A stretch of DNA of 64,000 nt from Octopus vulgaris (lineage: Eukaryota): assembly GCA_951406725.2 (NCBI GenBank), contig OX597833.1:6820001-6884000 (forward strand). Direction: 5' to 3'. The position numbers and the translations under genes were made by a program. Under the pieces are notes generated by a model. It did no database searches, was not told the origin of the DNA, and worked only from the letters and a program-made list of their open reading frames with translations. Positions 1 to 13,152 of this stretch are shown piece by piece; position 1 is the first letter of the stretch; each line of letters opens with the position of its first letter.

Positions 1-769
1 TAAGGTGTAAAAGCTGAAGATAAATGTAAGGGTTAAGAGCTTGTTGTTGTCGCTGATTGTGGCAGTTCATCGCCGTTCTGACATCCAATAATGTAGAGAA
101 GTTGAGAGGAACCCAGATTGTTCCATTCTTGACTTATCGCCATGTTTTACTTTTCTCTTTTGTTTCGGTTTGTCGTGTGGCTCATTATCTGGCTATTTAT
201 CTGTCCGTTTGTTATTTGTCTGTCTGTTTGTTGGTCGTGTGGCTCATTATCTATTTGTCTGGCTGCCTGGTTGTCTGTCTGTCTGTCTGTCTGGCTGGTT
301 ATCTCTCAGCCATTCTTGTCTCTCACCCTCCTCTGTGTCACATGGTTTACTTATCTTTTTCATCGAGGAAAGCGCGACGGAGAGTGAGGGGAAGGGGAGG
401 AAAGGTATTGGAATGAGGTGAGGAACGGCGATAAGACAAGAGAAAAGCAGGAGGGGGTAGCAGTAACAGGAGAGTGGGAAATCGAGATAGAGAGGGGCGA
501 GGGGGAGGAGAGATAAGTAAAGTTAGATAAAGAGGAAGATGAAAGGCAGATAAGAAAGAGAAAAGGCAAAAGGGAGAGTGAGGGGAGGCGACAGAATCCT
601 TAAACCGGAAATTAATTTGCTAAAATTCAGATGAGATAAACAGAAAGAATTTGTGAGAGAACGTGTGTGTGTGTGGGTGGGTTGGTGGGTGTGAGGGGAT
701 GGTGTTTGTGGTGTGGTTGTTATTAGCAATGGCGGTGGTTATAGAGCTTATGATGGTGGTTGTGGCAGT

Positions 770-1115
770 GGTTGTGGAGATGGTGATGGTGGTGGTGGTG
801 GTGGTGGTGGTGGTGGTGGTGGTGGTGGTGGTGGTGGTGGTGGTGGTGGTGGTGGTGGTGGTGGTGGTGGTGGTGGTGATGGTGGTGGTGGTGGTGGTGG
901 TGGTGGTGGTGGTGGTGGTGGTGGTGGTGGTGGTGGTTGTGGTGGTGGTGGTGGTGGTGGTGGTGGTGATGGTGGTGGTGGTGGTGGTGGTGGTGGTGAT
1001 GGTGGAGGTGGTGGTGGTAGTGGTGGTGGTTTGGTGGTGGTGATGGTGTTGTTGTTGTTGTTGTTGGTGGTGGTGGGCGTGGTGTTGGTGGTGGTGGTGG
1101 TGGTGGTGGTGGTGG
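770..1115. repeat. (GGT)n microsatellite
   Basis: Long near-pure GGT run; the poly-V/G/P/H ORFs are artefacts of it. Confidence 0.95.
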
Positions 1116-1339
1116 CAGTGACGGTCGTCGTTGTGATAGTAACTGTGATGATGGTGGCGGTAGGAGGATTGTGGGTATAGTCAGGTGGTGGTATGGAGGC
1201 GGGGGGAAGACTGTCCCAGACAGTGTTGCAGTTATGGAGAAAGAATCGAATGAGAATAATAAAAGGAAGGAAGGAAGGAAGGAAAGAAGGAAGGAAGGAA
1301 GGAAGGAAGGAGGCAACAAGAGCAACAATAAAAGGAGCT

Positions 1340-1655
1340 AGAAGAAGAAGAAGAAGAAGAAGAAGAAGAAGAAGAAGAAGAACGAGAAGAAGAAGAAGAA
1401 GAAGAAGAAGAAGAAGAAGATGAAGAAGAAGAAGAACGAGAAGAAGAAGAAGAAGAAGAAGAAGAAGAACGAGAAGAAGAGAAGAAGAAGAAGAAGAAGA
1501 AGAAGAAGAAGAAGAACGAGAAGAAGAAGAAGAAGAAGAAGAAGAAGAAGAACGAGAAGAAGAAGAAGAAGAAGAACGAGAAGAAGAAGAAGAAGAAGAA
1601 GAAGAAGAAGAAGAAGAAGAAGAACGAGAAGAAGAACTAGAAGAAGAAGAAGAAC
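1340..1655. repeat. (GAA)n microsatellite with periodic GAAC interruptions
   Basis: Direct reading of the sequence. Confidence 0.95.
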
Positions 1656-2149
1656 AACAACAAGAAGAAGAACAACAACAACAATAACAGCAAAGAGGAG
1701 AAGGAGGAAGAAAAGAAGAAAAGCAAATTTGAGTTATTGTAATCATCATCATCACCATCATCATCATCAACATCATCGTCATCAACATCACCATCATCAT
1801 CATCACCATCATCGTTATCAACTTCATCATCGACATTGTCGTCGTCATCGGGCCTACTATTGGAGACACTCTATATCTCACCATTCTGTCAGTCTGTCTG
1901 TCTGTTTGTCTGTTTTTAACTTTCTCCCTAACTACAACAGGTTCTACACTGAACATTAGCCGCATTTACCTCGTATCCATTATCCCTTGACTCCCACCCC
2001 CGTCCACATTCACAACGTCAGTTAATCTAATTAGAATACGAATGTTATCTCGCTTGCAATAACATTATTGACACTAAGCAAATGATAAACCAATTAAATT
2101 ATTTGTATGTAACTGAGAAAGAGTAATAATAACAACAACAATAACAACG

Positions 2150-2216
<67 letters not shown>

Positions 2217-2234
2217 CAACAACAATAACGATTA

Positions 2235-2303
2235 TAATAAGCTTTTCTACTATAGGCACGAGGCCTAAAATTTTGTGTGATATTAATAATAATAATAATA
2301 ATG

Positions 2304-2367
<64 letters not shown>

Positions 2368-2383
2368 CAACAACAACAACAAC

Positions 2384-2422
<39 letters not shown>

Positions 2423-2629
2423 GATGATGATGATGATGATGATTTCTTATATTAACAGTGGGGAATAAACCAGAAGGAAATCTATCAATAATAACTGGTA
2501 CTTCATTTTATCGATCCCCCAAAAGATGAAAACAGGAAAGTGACCTCGACGACATTTGAACTCAGAACGTTAAGGGCCGAAAGAAATAATGTAATGTATT
2601 TTCTCAATACTCCTACGATGCTGCCAGCT

Positions 2630-2630
<1 letters not shown>
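2235..2630 (-). mobile_element. tRNA-derived SINE family A, degraded, split by an (AAT)n tract
   Basis: Reverse complement shows the head AGCTGGCAG...GTTCTGAGTTCAAAT, body GATCGATAAAATGAAGTACCAG and tail GGCCTCGTGCCTATAGTAGAAAAG, as in other family A copies. Confidence 0.7.
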
Positions 2631-2682
<52 letters not shown>

Positions 2683-2683
<1 letters not shown>

Positions 2684-2998
2684 TAGCCAGGCTTGTCCAT
2701 TGGACACTTTGTTACAGGTATGGATTTAACAGAGCAAAAAAATTGTACGACCACAAACCTCGAAGGCATCGTCGAAAATGGAAATGCAAAGATATTATGG
2801 GATTTTATGATTCAGTGCGACCATGAGATAGAGAATAGGAAGCCAGACACAGTCTTAATCGAGAAAGAAAACAAACTATGCTGGATCATAGATATAGCAT
2901 GCCCAGATGACAACAATGTATGCGATAAGGAAGAAAGAAAAGTCGAGAGATATGAAAGGTTAGCTTGGGAAGTTAAGCAGCTGTGGTCGATTAAAAAC
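2683..2998 (+). mobile_element. R4/Dong-clade non-LTR retrotransposon fragment, C-terminal restriction-like endonuclease (RLE) domain
   Basis: With one frameshift it translates as IARLVHWTLC...ENGNAKILWDFMIQCDHEIENRKPDTVLIEKENKLCWIIDIACPDD...KEERKVERYERLAWEVKQLW. This matches the R4/Dong KILWDF-RxPD-IIDIAxP-KxxKY signature. It begins directly after (AAT)n. Confidence 0.88.
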
Positions 2999-3002
2999 GG
3001 TT

Positions 3003-3108
3003 ATAATAATAATTCTTTCTACTAAAGGTACAAGGCCTCAAATTGTACCTTTACAAGGGAACGGCATAGTTGGTTACATCGACCCCAGTGCTCAACTGGT
3101 ACTTATTA
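3003..3108 (-). mobile_element. SINE family A 3' fragment
   Basis: Contains ACATCGACCCCAGTGCTCAACTGGTACTTA and the tail TTCTTTCTACTAAAGGTACAAGGCC. Confidence 0.7.
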
Positions 3109-3300
3109 GTTTTACAGCAGGAGCACGTGGACAGGATGTTTCTCGGTTCTGATCTCCTATTGACCAGATATACGTTTCTATATGCCATACATCGATCAAC
3201 TGAAACCCTTCCATTCCATACATCATCCAAGACCTCATTTAGTTTCTCTTTTGTGGGAAAACCGAGAGACCCTCAATTTTCGTGAGACAGAGATGCTTAG

Positions 3301-3598
3301 CTGTTCTTCACTCCTGCTCCGGAGCGTCGGCTGCGGGGTCATTCCGAAAAGCTCTATCTGCGACGATTTCATCTCAATCGAAGGAGAGGGGCTTTCTCCG
3401 TCCGGGTTGTGGATCCGTGGAATAAGCTGCCGGACGAGATGGTGAAGATGCCGACGACCGCTCGGTTCTAAGTCTCCCTTGACCACAAGTGGCCTGAACT
3501 CTTTACATGAACACCACCCTGTACATAACTCCATGTCCCCCTACATGGCCTTGCTTTGTTGCTTTTTGAGCCAAAAAATTAACTAACTTAATAACTAA
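3301..3598 (+). mobile_element. CR1-group LINE 3' end (ORF2 C-terminus, 3' UTR, TAAC-like tail)
   Basis: Frame from 3301 reads LFFTPAPERRLRGHSEKLYLRRFHLNRRRGAFSVRVVDPWNKLPDEMVKMPTTARF*VSLDHKW, the RGH..FSxRVV..WNxLP..FKxxLD motif. It ends in AACTAACTTAATAACTAA. Confidence 0.85.
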
Positions 3599-5114
3599 AT
3601 TTCCCATTTTGTAATTTCTTCAATAAATTTCTCAAGTAAGGAAACAGAATTTTCCGGGACCTGATCAAGGATGTAACCAAACACCTATAAAATTGGTCAG
3701 AGTAGCACTTAGACCAGTTTGATATAACATCGATGGAAAGATATAGCTGGTCACTCCAGAAGCAGGTGGGGGTCATCTCAATTTACTTGAGCTTCTATGG
3801 GCGTTACAAACAGCATGTGTCAATGTCTTTATGTGATCTTAATGAATTTATTAACGAAAATAATATGGAAAGTGTCTATTCCTAATTAAATGATGAGATG
3901 ATGTTGTTTTGTTATTTTAATTTGTGATGAAGCGAAATCCGAAACACGATACCGACCTTTCAAATTTACTTAAAGTTGCCAAATGTAATAATCTGATATT
4001 AAACAAACATAAATGCAAGACATGCTCTAATCTGTATTAATTCATTAGGTTATTTAATTTCACGTGGAGAATTACGCCCTAATCCAGAATGTCTTCGACT
4101 TCTTGAAGCGATTTCTTTGCCTTAAAATAACAACGACGTATACCAGTGCTTGTGTTCTTCGTGAATTACCGCATATGGATCCGTTCGTACTCTTAGAAAA
4201 TTAGGTCGTTAGGAAACACAAGTTCCCTTTTATCCGAAGATGTTATTAAATGTATCAATTCTTTAAAAAAGATGTTAAACAAGAATCTCTGACCTTTATC
4301 GATAAACATTTTGTGTTTATACTCTTGAAACAGGGCTATTGGTGGAATCAGTGCTCTAAGATTATCAGGAGGTGGCTACATGTGTAGCATTCTTCTCAAG
4401 ATCCTTTAAATAATTATGGAAAATCTTATGTAGCTTTGAGGAAACAGAAACATTCCTTCAGGTAACACTTTAATTAAGTGACAGAGCAACAGTTCTTTTC
4501 CACTCATTTTTGACAATAAAAAAACATTTTGGAAAAAAATTTGTTCTCTTCTAAACATAAATTTGACTCAAAGATTCTTTCATCTGAGAAACTGTCGCAC
4601 GTTTGAGCTTCTAATCCTTGAAATACTGCATAATTCCTTAGTAGAAGAAGAATGGTAACGAAGAATACTTCATTCTTCATTTTATAAAAGTACGGCAAAT
4701 TGGCATCAATTGTTGTATTATGTCTAATATTTATTCTAAACCTCGTTCTCTTATAAAAACTAACCTTTGAAGGTTTTTTAATAGACATTAATTGCTCTCT
4801 TCCTCATTCCAATAATTCAAATGTGTATTTACTACAATCAGCGATGATCCCCCATTGTGTAAGTGGAGACGCGCGAGGATGACAGTTGACTGTCTACACA
4901 AGCAGTTATGTCCCTTACATCTTCTTTCAACAGTCACAAATAAGCCAAGGCTGCTGCTGGTTGCTGGTTGCTGACAATAAATATTACTTTCAATTTAATT
5001 CAAGGATATTGATTAGGACTTTAAAATCCCTACTTTCTACAACGAGGTTTCATACTTGTATATATTGTATGTATGCGTGTGTATATGTATATATATATAT
5101 ATATATATATAAAT

Positions 5115-5570
5115 ATAAAACGTTCGTATTACTGTTATTCTACTTGTCCTGTCGTTTACTGTTTCTATTTTTATTTGTATTTTTACTGTCTTGTATTGTT
5201 TTTACTGTCCTGTTTTTGTTACCACTTTTACCCCACCCCTCTGCAAAAAATCTCAAATTTTATTTAATTTGATTTGCGGGAAGGACCGTTTCACCGAAGT
5301 CGTGTCTCGCCTTTACCTACGAAACACGGAGTAGACAAAACGGAGGCGGCTGAAGAAGGGGAATTTTCCTTGCGTTGTATGTCTTGTACCCTGTTTTTTC
5401 GTTGTTTAAAAAAATGTCCGTTTCCATGGTACTGCTTTTATGTTTTCGTTTCTCATTGAGTTCGCCTTTTTTTGTGTCTTGTACCTATATATGCATGTAT
5501 ATATACATATAGATATAGGTACGTACATTTATGTATGTATATATGCATATGTTTTATTTATTATTTTGTT
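5115..5570 (+). mobile_element. Dispersed repeat family D, copy 1 (possible LINE 3' UTR), in (TA)n
   Basis: Colinear with 54998-55435 (TTACCACTTT..AAATTTTATTTAATTTG..TTTGCGGGAAGGAC..CGGAGTAGA..CTGAAGAAGGGGAAT). Confidence 0.75.
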
Positions 5571-5628
5571 ATTATATGATGAAACGCCACGTATCCTCTT
5601 CCAAGTAAGTTTTATCTTATATATATAT

Positions 5629-5686
<58 letters not shown>

Positions 5687-5811
5687 ACACATATTCACAT
5701 GATTTAGCTCAAGTTTTGAAATATACATGTACAAAGGCATGCATATACACACATGTATATATGTACTTATATATATACACACAAGACAAACGTACACAAA
5801 CACACACACAC

Positions 5812-5844
<33 letters not shown>

Positions 5845-5845
<1 letters not shown>

Positions 5846-6600
5846 AGTGTGTATCTGAAGATTGTTTTTTCATTGGACTAAGGCGTTGAAAATCGGCGGC
5901 CTCTTGATCTGAGCTCTACAGTGGATGGGGAACCACTGATCCGTGCAATTTGCAGATTATCTGATTCGTTGCCAAAGATGTGTCTTGTTGCGCAATGTTA
6001 TTGTGAATGTGAGTCATTTTTAGATTTTTTTTTCGATCACTTCCCTGTGCATTTTCATTGTCTCGTTGCACTGCTCGCTGTTCTAGAACCATGTTCTAGA
6101 AACTCAAAAAGAATGATGCCCTCACCATATTAATGGACAGTCACTATAGCTTCCTGGCGCGATCGCTAGATTTTGAATTTCCTAGCTTTCAGAGAAGTAA
6201 CGCCATTCTATTGACGGAGCCTTCGTTTCCGGAGCCTAAATATATGCCTACGCTCTATCTCATGTTACTAGATTGGGAAAATAACGTGTCTTCATTGGCT
6301 TCAAATACTTCCAACAAATCACAGCAGACTTCTGTCCTAATCTTTTGTAAAACACTCAACTGTTGAGGAACCCACATTGCACACAATTTCTGATCCAAAG
6401 TTTCACCATCTTCTGTATTGCATTAAAACCACAGTCCTGTTGCGCAGCAAGCCGGCGGATTTTTAACTTTTATATCCACACGGATCAATTTGCTCGCTCT
6501 CTGGCGCTTCGTGTTAGTGGTTACAGTTGTGCCAACCTGATACAAAGCAGTATCTGTCGACAGTACGGCTTCGGGGTTATTTCCCTTCGTCGACACAGAA
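5845..6600 (-). pseudogene. Old, heavily decayed mariner transposase
   Basis: Minus-strand frames give, in the correct order, QKLCAMWVPQQL (WVPxxL), LVT*D..APETKAPSIEW, GEGIILFEFLEHG, HNNIAQQDTSL (DNA motif), VVPHPL*SSDQEAADF (PHPPYSPDLAPSDF) and SPMKK. Confidence 0.8.
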
Positions 6601-6789
6601 TAACTCTTCGGTTGGGATGGCGCTGCAAAACACCCATTCGAAAATATATATAATTTTCTAAGTGACTCATAGTCACTGATCTAATAAAATAGAAATATTG
6701 TTGTTCCTAAATCTCTCAACGAGGGATATTCAGTAGCAGCACTTTAAAGTAACGATTTTTTGCCAACTGCTGTTTTCTTTCCTCGTTCG

Positions 6790-6823
6790 TTTCTGTAGAA
6801 GGGCGTAGGCTCGAAACGTCAAA
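6790..6823 (+). ncRNA. Degenerate minimal hammerhead motif in a short Penelope-type terminal repeat
   Basis: UUU-CUGUAGA-A-GGGC(GUAG)GCUC-GAAA-CG-UC-AAA. A6 is mutated. Same family as 29606-29641. Confidence 0.5.
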
Positions 6824-7098
6824 GACTATCCCAATTTTTGATTGTTGCTCCCTGCCTGTCTTTGTTGAGATTTTTGAATCGTACACGCACGAACGTACAC
6901 CTCCCCCCCACACACACAAAGATTGATGTGTAATTGATTTTATTATAACTGAACATACAAACAGTCGTTCGACATAGGCCACAGGTCGGAATGTGTGTGT
7001 GTGTGTGTGTATGTGTATATATGTATGTATGTATATACATATATATATATATATTTATGTATATATGTGTATGTATGTATGTATATATATATATATAT

Positions 7099-7234
<136 letters not shown>

Positions 7235-7552
7235 TAACAACAGGTGTATATGACCACCCACACATAACTGAAATAAACGGACACATTACATAATCTAAAA
7301 ACTCGTGCAAGGCTTGGAGTTGAACCCAGATACCGCCTACACGCATGACTGGTTTATGTCCTAGATATGAATCACCAACCGTGGTGTCATCGGATTCATC
7401 ACATGCCAGGTATTGGCACTCTAGGAGATGATGCGATTATACAGACAATCCTCTTTATATGAGACATATTCTATATATGTATACATATGCGCATCTCTCT
7501 ATCTAGCTAGCCATCTATCTAGCTATCTCTCCGTCTGCCTGACTATCTATAA

Positions 7553-7614
<62 letters not shown>

Positions 7615-7648
7615 AAATCTCTATATACTTATTTATACTTATAAATAC

Positions 7649-7707
<59 letters not shown>

Positions 7708-8088
7708 TATATAGATAAATAGATAATACATACATACATACATATATATATGTGTGTGCGTGTGTGTGTGTGTATGCATATATATATATATATATATGTA
7801 TATATAGACACTTCACCTACAAATTACTGGAACGCCATGTCTTGGTCGGATGGAGATGAGTAAAAATATAACTAGTGGTTACATGCCAACACAGCAGCAG
7901 CACCAGCAGTAGTAGTAATAGTAGTAATAATAAGGATGGTGCTGATGGTGGTGGTTGCGGTGGCGGCGACGGCGGTGACGGTGTTTTAACCTCGTTTAGT
8001 TTTTGTGAATCATTCCTCTTGGCAATGAGCCACACATTCTACAAACGTCCGGTTTGAAATGGATCCGAGATTCTCTATAGTAGTAGTG

Positions 8089-8160
<72 letters not shown>

Positions 8161-8365
8161 TAGTAAAGTGCTGATATATACTATGTAGCGTTCGTTGTGG
8201 GGATGTGTAGTATAGGATACGGTGTATAGTGGTATGTATCGTTGGGTGTTCCATATTCGACATATAGCTGGGAATATAAAATACTGTTCGCTGTCATATT
8301 ACGTCATATATATTCATATATATACATATATATCGAAACTATGACTTAATTTTTCCTCTCACATC

Positions 8366-8417
8366 GTCTCCGATGAAGGGATATTATTAATTAATATCCT
8401 AGAAACAGCTGTAAGGC
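8366..8417 (+). ncRNA. Hammerhead-like motif with CCGAUGA core variant
   Basis: GUCU-CCGAUGA-A-GGGAUAUUA(UUAAU)UAAUAUCCU-A-GAAA-CAGCUG-UA-AGGC. Stem I, stem II and a palindromic stem III are all present. Related copies lie in 54657-54895. Confidence 0.55.
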
Positions 8418-8569
8418 CTTCTATCTATAAATGCACTAATATCTATACAGCCTTGGTTTTTTTATCTTATTACGCAAAAATTCATATATATATATATTAA
8501 TGTACTTTCAACACCCGAACTCACATAAAGAATCTTGCAAACCAAATCCACAAACGAAATATATATTGC

Positions 8570-8652
8570 TTTTCCTGATGAGAAGGCGGCATAATGCACC
8601 CCTTATTCCTTCGAAATTAGGAATATGCAGCCTTCGAAACATATGTCGAAAA
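8570..8652 (+). ncRNA. Type I minimal hammerhead ribozyme, canonical core (Penelope-type)
   Basis: Stem I UUUUC/GAAAA; CUGAUGA at 8575-8581; stem II GAAGGC-G-GCA...UGC-A-GCCUUC with an inner hairpin UAUUCCU/AGGAAUA; GAAA; palindromic stem III ACAUAUGU; predicted cleavage after GUC (C8647). Confidence 0.8.
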
Positions 8653-8698
8653 TAAAATAAAGGAATTTTGTTAATTCGTCGTTCAACTCCATTCTTTC

Positions 8699-8770
<72 letters not shown>

Positions 8771-8781
8771 TTATATATACA

Positions 8782-8831
<50 letters not shown>

Positions 8832-9076
8832 TATATATAAAATTAGAAAAAACACCTTTTATCAATTCAAAATGAACAATTAAATTACACCATCTAGAAA
8901 ATTACATATAATAGAAATATTAAAATTAAAATAACAATAATATACCCATGATTAAGTAAATTGAAAATAATAATAAAAACGTATATATTTGGTATTTCTA
9001 ATTTGAATTTTTCCCTGTAAGTTAGGAATAACATTCCCTCAAATAATAATAATAATAATAATAATAATTATTATTA

Positions 9077-9559
<483 letters not shown>

Positions 9560-9724
9560 TACAGGGTGCTGCAGTGTAGTACTTGACCAGTTTAACTTAA
9601 ATGTATCGCTGCATTCTATTATGGTTGTAAGTTCTCTTACTATCATTCGTTATTACCTATTTTCTAAAATAAACCTCGTTTTTATATGCGTGTGTTTGTG
9701 TGTGTGTCTGAGACAGATTAAATA

Positions 9725-10195
9725 AGTATCGGGGTCGATTAAATAAGTACCAGTTACGTACTGGGGTCGATGTAATCGACTTAATCCGATTGTCTGTCCT
9801 TGTTTGTCCCCTCTGTGTGTAGCCCTTTGTGGGCAATAAAAAAATAGGTATTTCGTCTGCCGCTACGTTCTGAGTTCAAATTCCGCCGAGGTCGACTTTG
9901 CCTTGCGGGATCGATAAATTAAGTACCAGTTGCGTACTGGGGTCGATCAAATCGACTGGACCCCCCTCCCCCAAAATTTCGGGCCTTGAGTAAAAATAAG
10001 AAACGTTTGCACGCCGGGAGAAATGCTTAGCGATATTTCATGTCTGTACGTTCCGAGTTCAAATTCTGCCGAGGTCGACTTTGCCTTTCGGGATCCATAA
10101 ATTAAGTACCAGTTGCGTACTGGGGTTGATATAATCAAATGGTTCCGCCTCCACAAAAATTCAGGGCCTTGTGCCCAGAGTAGAAAAGACTATTA
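9725..10195 (+). mobile_element. Three head-to-tail partial SINE family A copies
   Basis: TAAGTACCAGTT(A/G)CGTACTGGGGT occurs three times and TTC(T/C)GAGTTCAAATTC twice. Two different tails are present. Confidence 0.85.
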
Positions 10196-10263
10196 TTTCA
10201 CTCTGTCAATATGTGTGTTGAGTGCTCTCTTCTCTTTAATTAATTGTAATTCACACCACCAAG

Positions 10264-10334
<71 letters not shown>

Positions 10335-10754
10335 CAAACGCCTGGCAGAAATATATATATATGTTTACATATCAGAGATAAGTGTGTGTGTGCCCTTACG
10401 TATATGATTATCTGCGTCTGTGCACAGGCTTGGATGCATGTGTTAGGGTGACGTGGGTACCCCTTGGGATGCAGAATCATTGCAAGGCTTGGTGAGGAGA
10501 ATGTAGATAACTGTTGCAGGAAGTCTTTATAGACATGCAACTCTAGACTGTAGCGAAACTCCAGGAAATACTGCAATTGAGAAAATGCAGACGGCAGGTT
10601 ATCAGGAATACACACACTTGCCTCACACACACACACACACGTAAATTTATATATGGATATATATATATATATATAGGTATGGTACACAAATAGGTGTATG
10701 TTTATAATTACATCTGTATTATGTATGTATATGTATGTATATATATATATATGT

Positions 10755-10815
<61 letters not shown>

Positions 10816-11249
10816 TTATATTTTCCATGCTGTTAGTCAGAGACTCTACAAAGAAAGCGATCTTGTTCACACCGCCCTCACTATGATTTGAAACTGATAG
10901 CCAGGTATTCCACTACTGCATCTGGCAAGCAGCCAACGTTTCACAAATATCTACTACTCCATCATCGACAGCCACCACAACTACCACAACAACAACAACA
11001 ATAACAACACCGCATCCACCGCAAAACCACCATCTCACACCCCCACACCCAACACTACCAGACCCTCCCCAGAACCACTACCACAACAATAACAACACCC
11101 TTTCACATCCCCAACACCACCCATCCCAACGCCCCGACACCAACACCAACACTACAACGACAGCCCCTACCCTGCCACAACACCACCGCTACCACCGCCT
11201 CACCGCCCTCGTTCTAAACGTTTTTACCTCAAGCTGGCGATGGGTTTCC

Positions 11250-12080
11250 ATGTGGTCATTGAACATGTAAAAAAATAGCAGCCAAATCTTATTCAAATCA
11301 TATGGTAATGTTTTTAAAATTGAAGGACACTTTAAATTATGTAGTCCTAGATAGACTATGAAAAAATGACAGGATGGTCATGGCCGGCACAACTTTGAAC
11401 ACAGGTGTAATCAGTCAGGACAGACCTGAGGCTAAACAGCACGGCAGCAAATAGGACACATTTGATAATGTAGTCCTAGATACATTAGGCCTGTATAAAA
11501 GTAAGGATGGCCATAAATGGAAACGCTTGTGTTCAAAAGTCTGCTGGATTAAAACTGATTTAAGACTAAACAACACCAGGAAGGTCACATTAGATAACGT
11601 AGTCCTAGGCACACTGCTTCTGCGTGAATGACAGGATGGTCGTTGCTGGAATGCCTTTGGTTAAAGATCACCTGAGCTGGGACTAAATAATAAGGGCAAG
11701 GAGGGAGACATTAGATGAGGTAGTCCTAGATAGACTGTGTCTAAATAACTGAGAGGATGATCACGATCGAAGCGCCTTCATTCATGGGTCAACTGGATCA
11801 GGACTTACCTGGGGCTAAACAACAATAAGAAGGGACATATTAGATCATGTAGTCCCATCTATGAAAGAATGACAGGATGGTCATTGCTGGAACACCTTTG
11901 ATCATAAATCTACTGAGTCGGTACTGCCTGTGGCTAAACAACAAAAACGGGGAGGATGACATAAGATAATGAATCCTAGATACACTACATCTAAATAAAT
12001 GATGAGATGGTCATGGTTAGAAGGTCTTCGATCATATACGCCTACTGGATGAGGAATGACCGAGGGTTAAATAACGACAA
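11250..12080 (+). repeat. Diverged tandem array of six ~120-130 bp units
   Basis: The anchor GTAGTCCTAG (or a variant) lies near 11341, 11470, 11599, 11720, 11849 and 11971. Units also share GGATGGTC and end in (G)CTAAACAAC-like motifs. Confidence 0.85.
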
Positions 12081-12954
12081 ACGCTCGTTTGATTGATTCT
12101 TGAATGAAAAAATGCCGGGTGGACTTTGAGTATAAAGAGATACGAGTGATGTGGTTTGGTGTTTGGACGGTCTCTGTGGGTATATAACTACCCGCATCTA
12201 AACACCAACCCTTTTGGTGTAATACGGGATTAAATGCAACTTTGGTGGTTACAGCAATAACAACTACAGCAACAATAACAACAACAACAACAGCAGAATG
12301 AACGGAAACAAAAGCAGTGACAGTAACAACATCGGTAACAGTTGTTGCAAATTAAGCAACAACAATAGCAACAGGGTTGACAATCACCACAGCATTCACA
12401 GCAATGGCCGCCAGTTCGAGCATCACAGGCAAGAATAACAGCAACAGTGTTAGAAACAACAGCAACAACAACCTCAGCAAAAATAGCAACGACAATTGAA
12501 AACAGTCTGTGCAACAGCCATAGCAACCACAGCGACACCAGCGGCCGTATTAGTAAAAGGAACAGCGATAACAACAACAGCAGCAGCAGCAGCAGCCGTT
12601 CAAGAATTTGAACCTGGAGATCTCCATTTCCAGTGACTTCGAGGGCCACCTCCCAGTGGTGTTGGGTGTCAACGAAGTACCCTCGACTACAACAAGACGA
12701 CCAAAGTTTTTCTTTTTTTTTTCAAGGTCTGGGGTCTCCCGCCCCTAAGCCCTAGACCATCACCTAATCAACCTTACCCGTCTTGTTGCTTAACAACAAC
12801 AACAACAACAACAGCAACAACAACAGCAGTAGCTTTAACAAGAGCATCAAAATTCATAAGGGTAACTCAAAGATAGAATCTGTTCAGCACTAACGTAATC
12901 GTATTCCTCGTTCTCATACAGAGATACGCCATCATTCAAGCAATGTCAATGGAA

Positions 12955-13152
12955 GGCTGTGAGAGCTGGCAGAATCGTTAGCACGTCGGGCGAAATGCTT
13001 AGTGATATTTCGTCTGTCTTTACGTTCTGAGTTCAAATTCCGCCGAGGTCGACTTTGCCTTTCATTCTTTCGGGGTCGATAAATTAAGTACTAGTTGCAT
13101 ACTGGAATCGATCTCAAAATTTCGGGCCTTGTGCCTAGAGTAGATAAGAATA
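12955..13152 (+). mobile_element. SINE family A, near full length
   Basis: Has the A-box-like GAGCTGGCAGAATCGTTAG, B box GAGTTCAAATTCC, body CTTTCATTCTTTCGGGGTCGATAAATTAAGTAC and tail GGCCTTGTGCCTAGAGTAG. Confidence 0.88.

Noticed and set aside
663-1965. Long ORFs (poly-V/G/P/H/R, up to 405 aa)
   Set aside because: Stop-free trinucleotide repeats are open in several frames on both strands, with no domain or splice evidence.
11250-12080. CRISPR-like array
   Set aside because: Whole units are homologous and diverged, there are no unique spacers or cas genes, and the context is eukaryotic.
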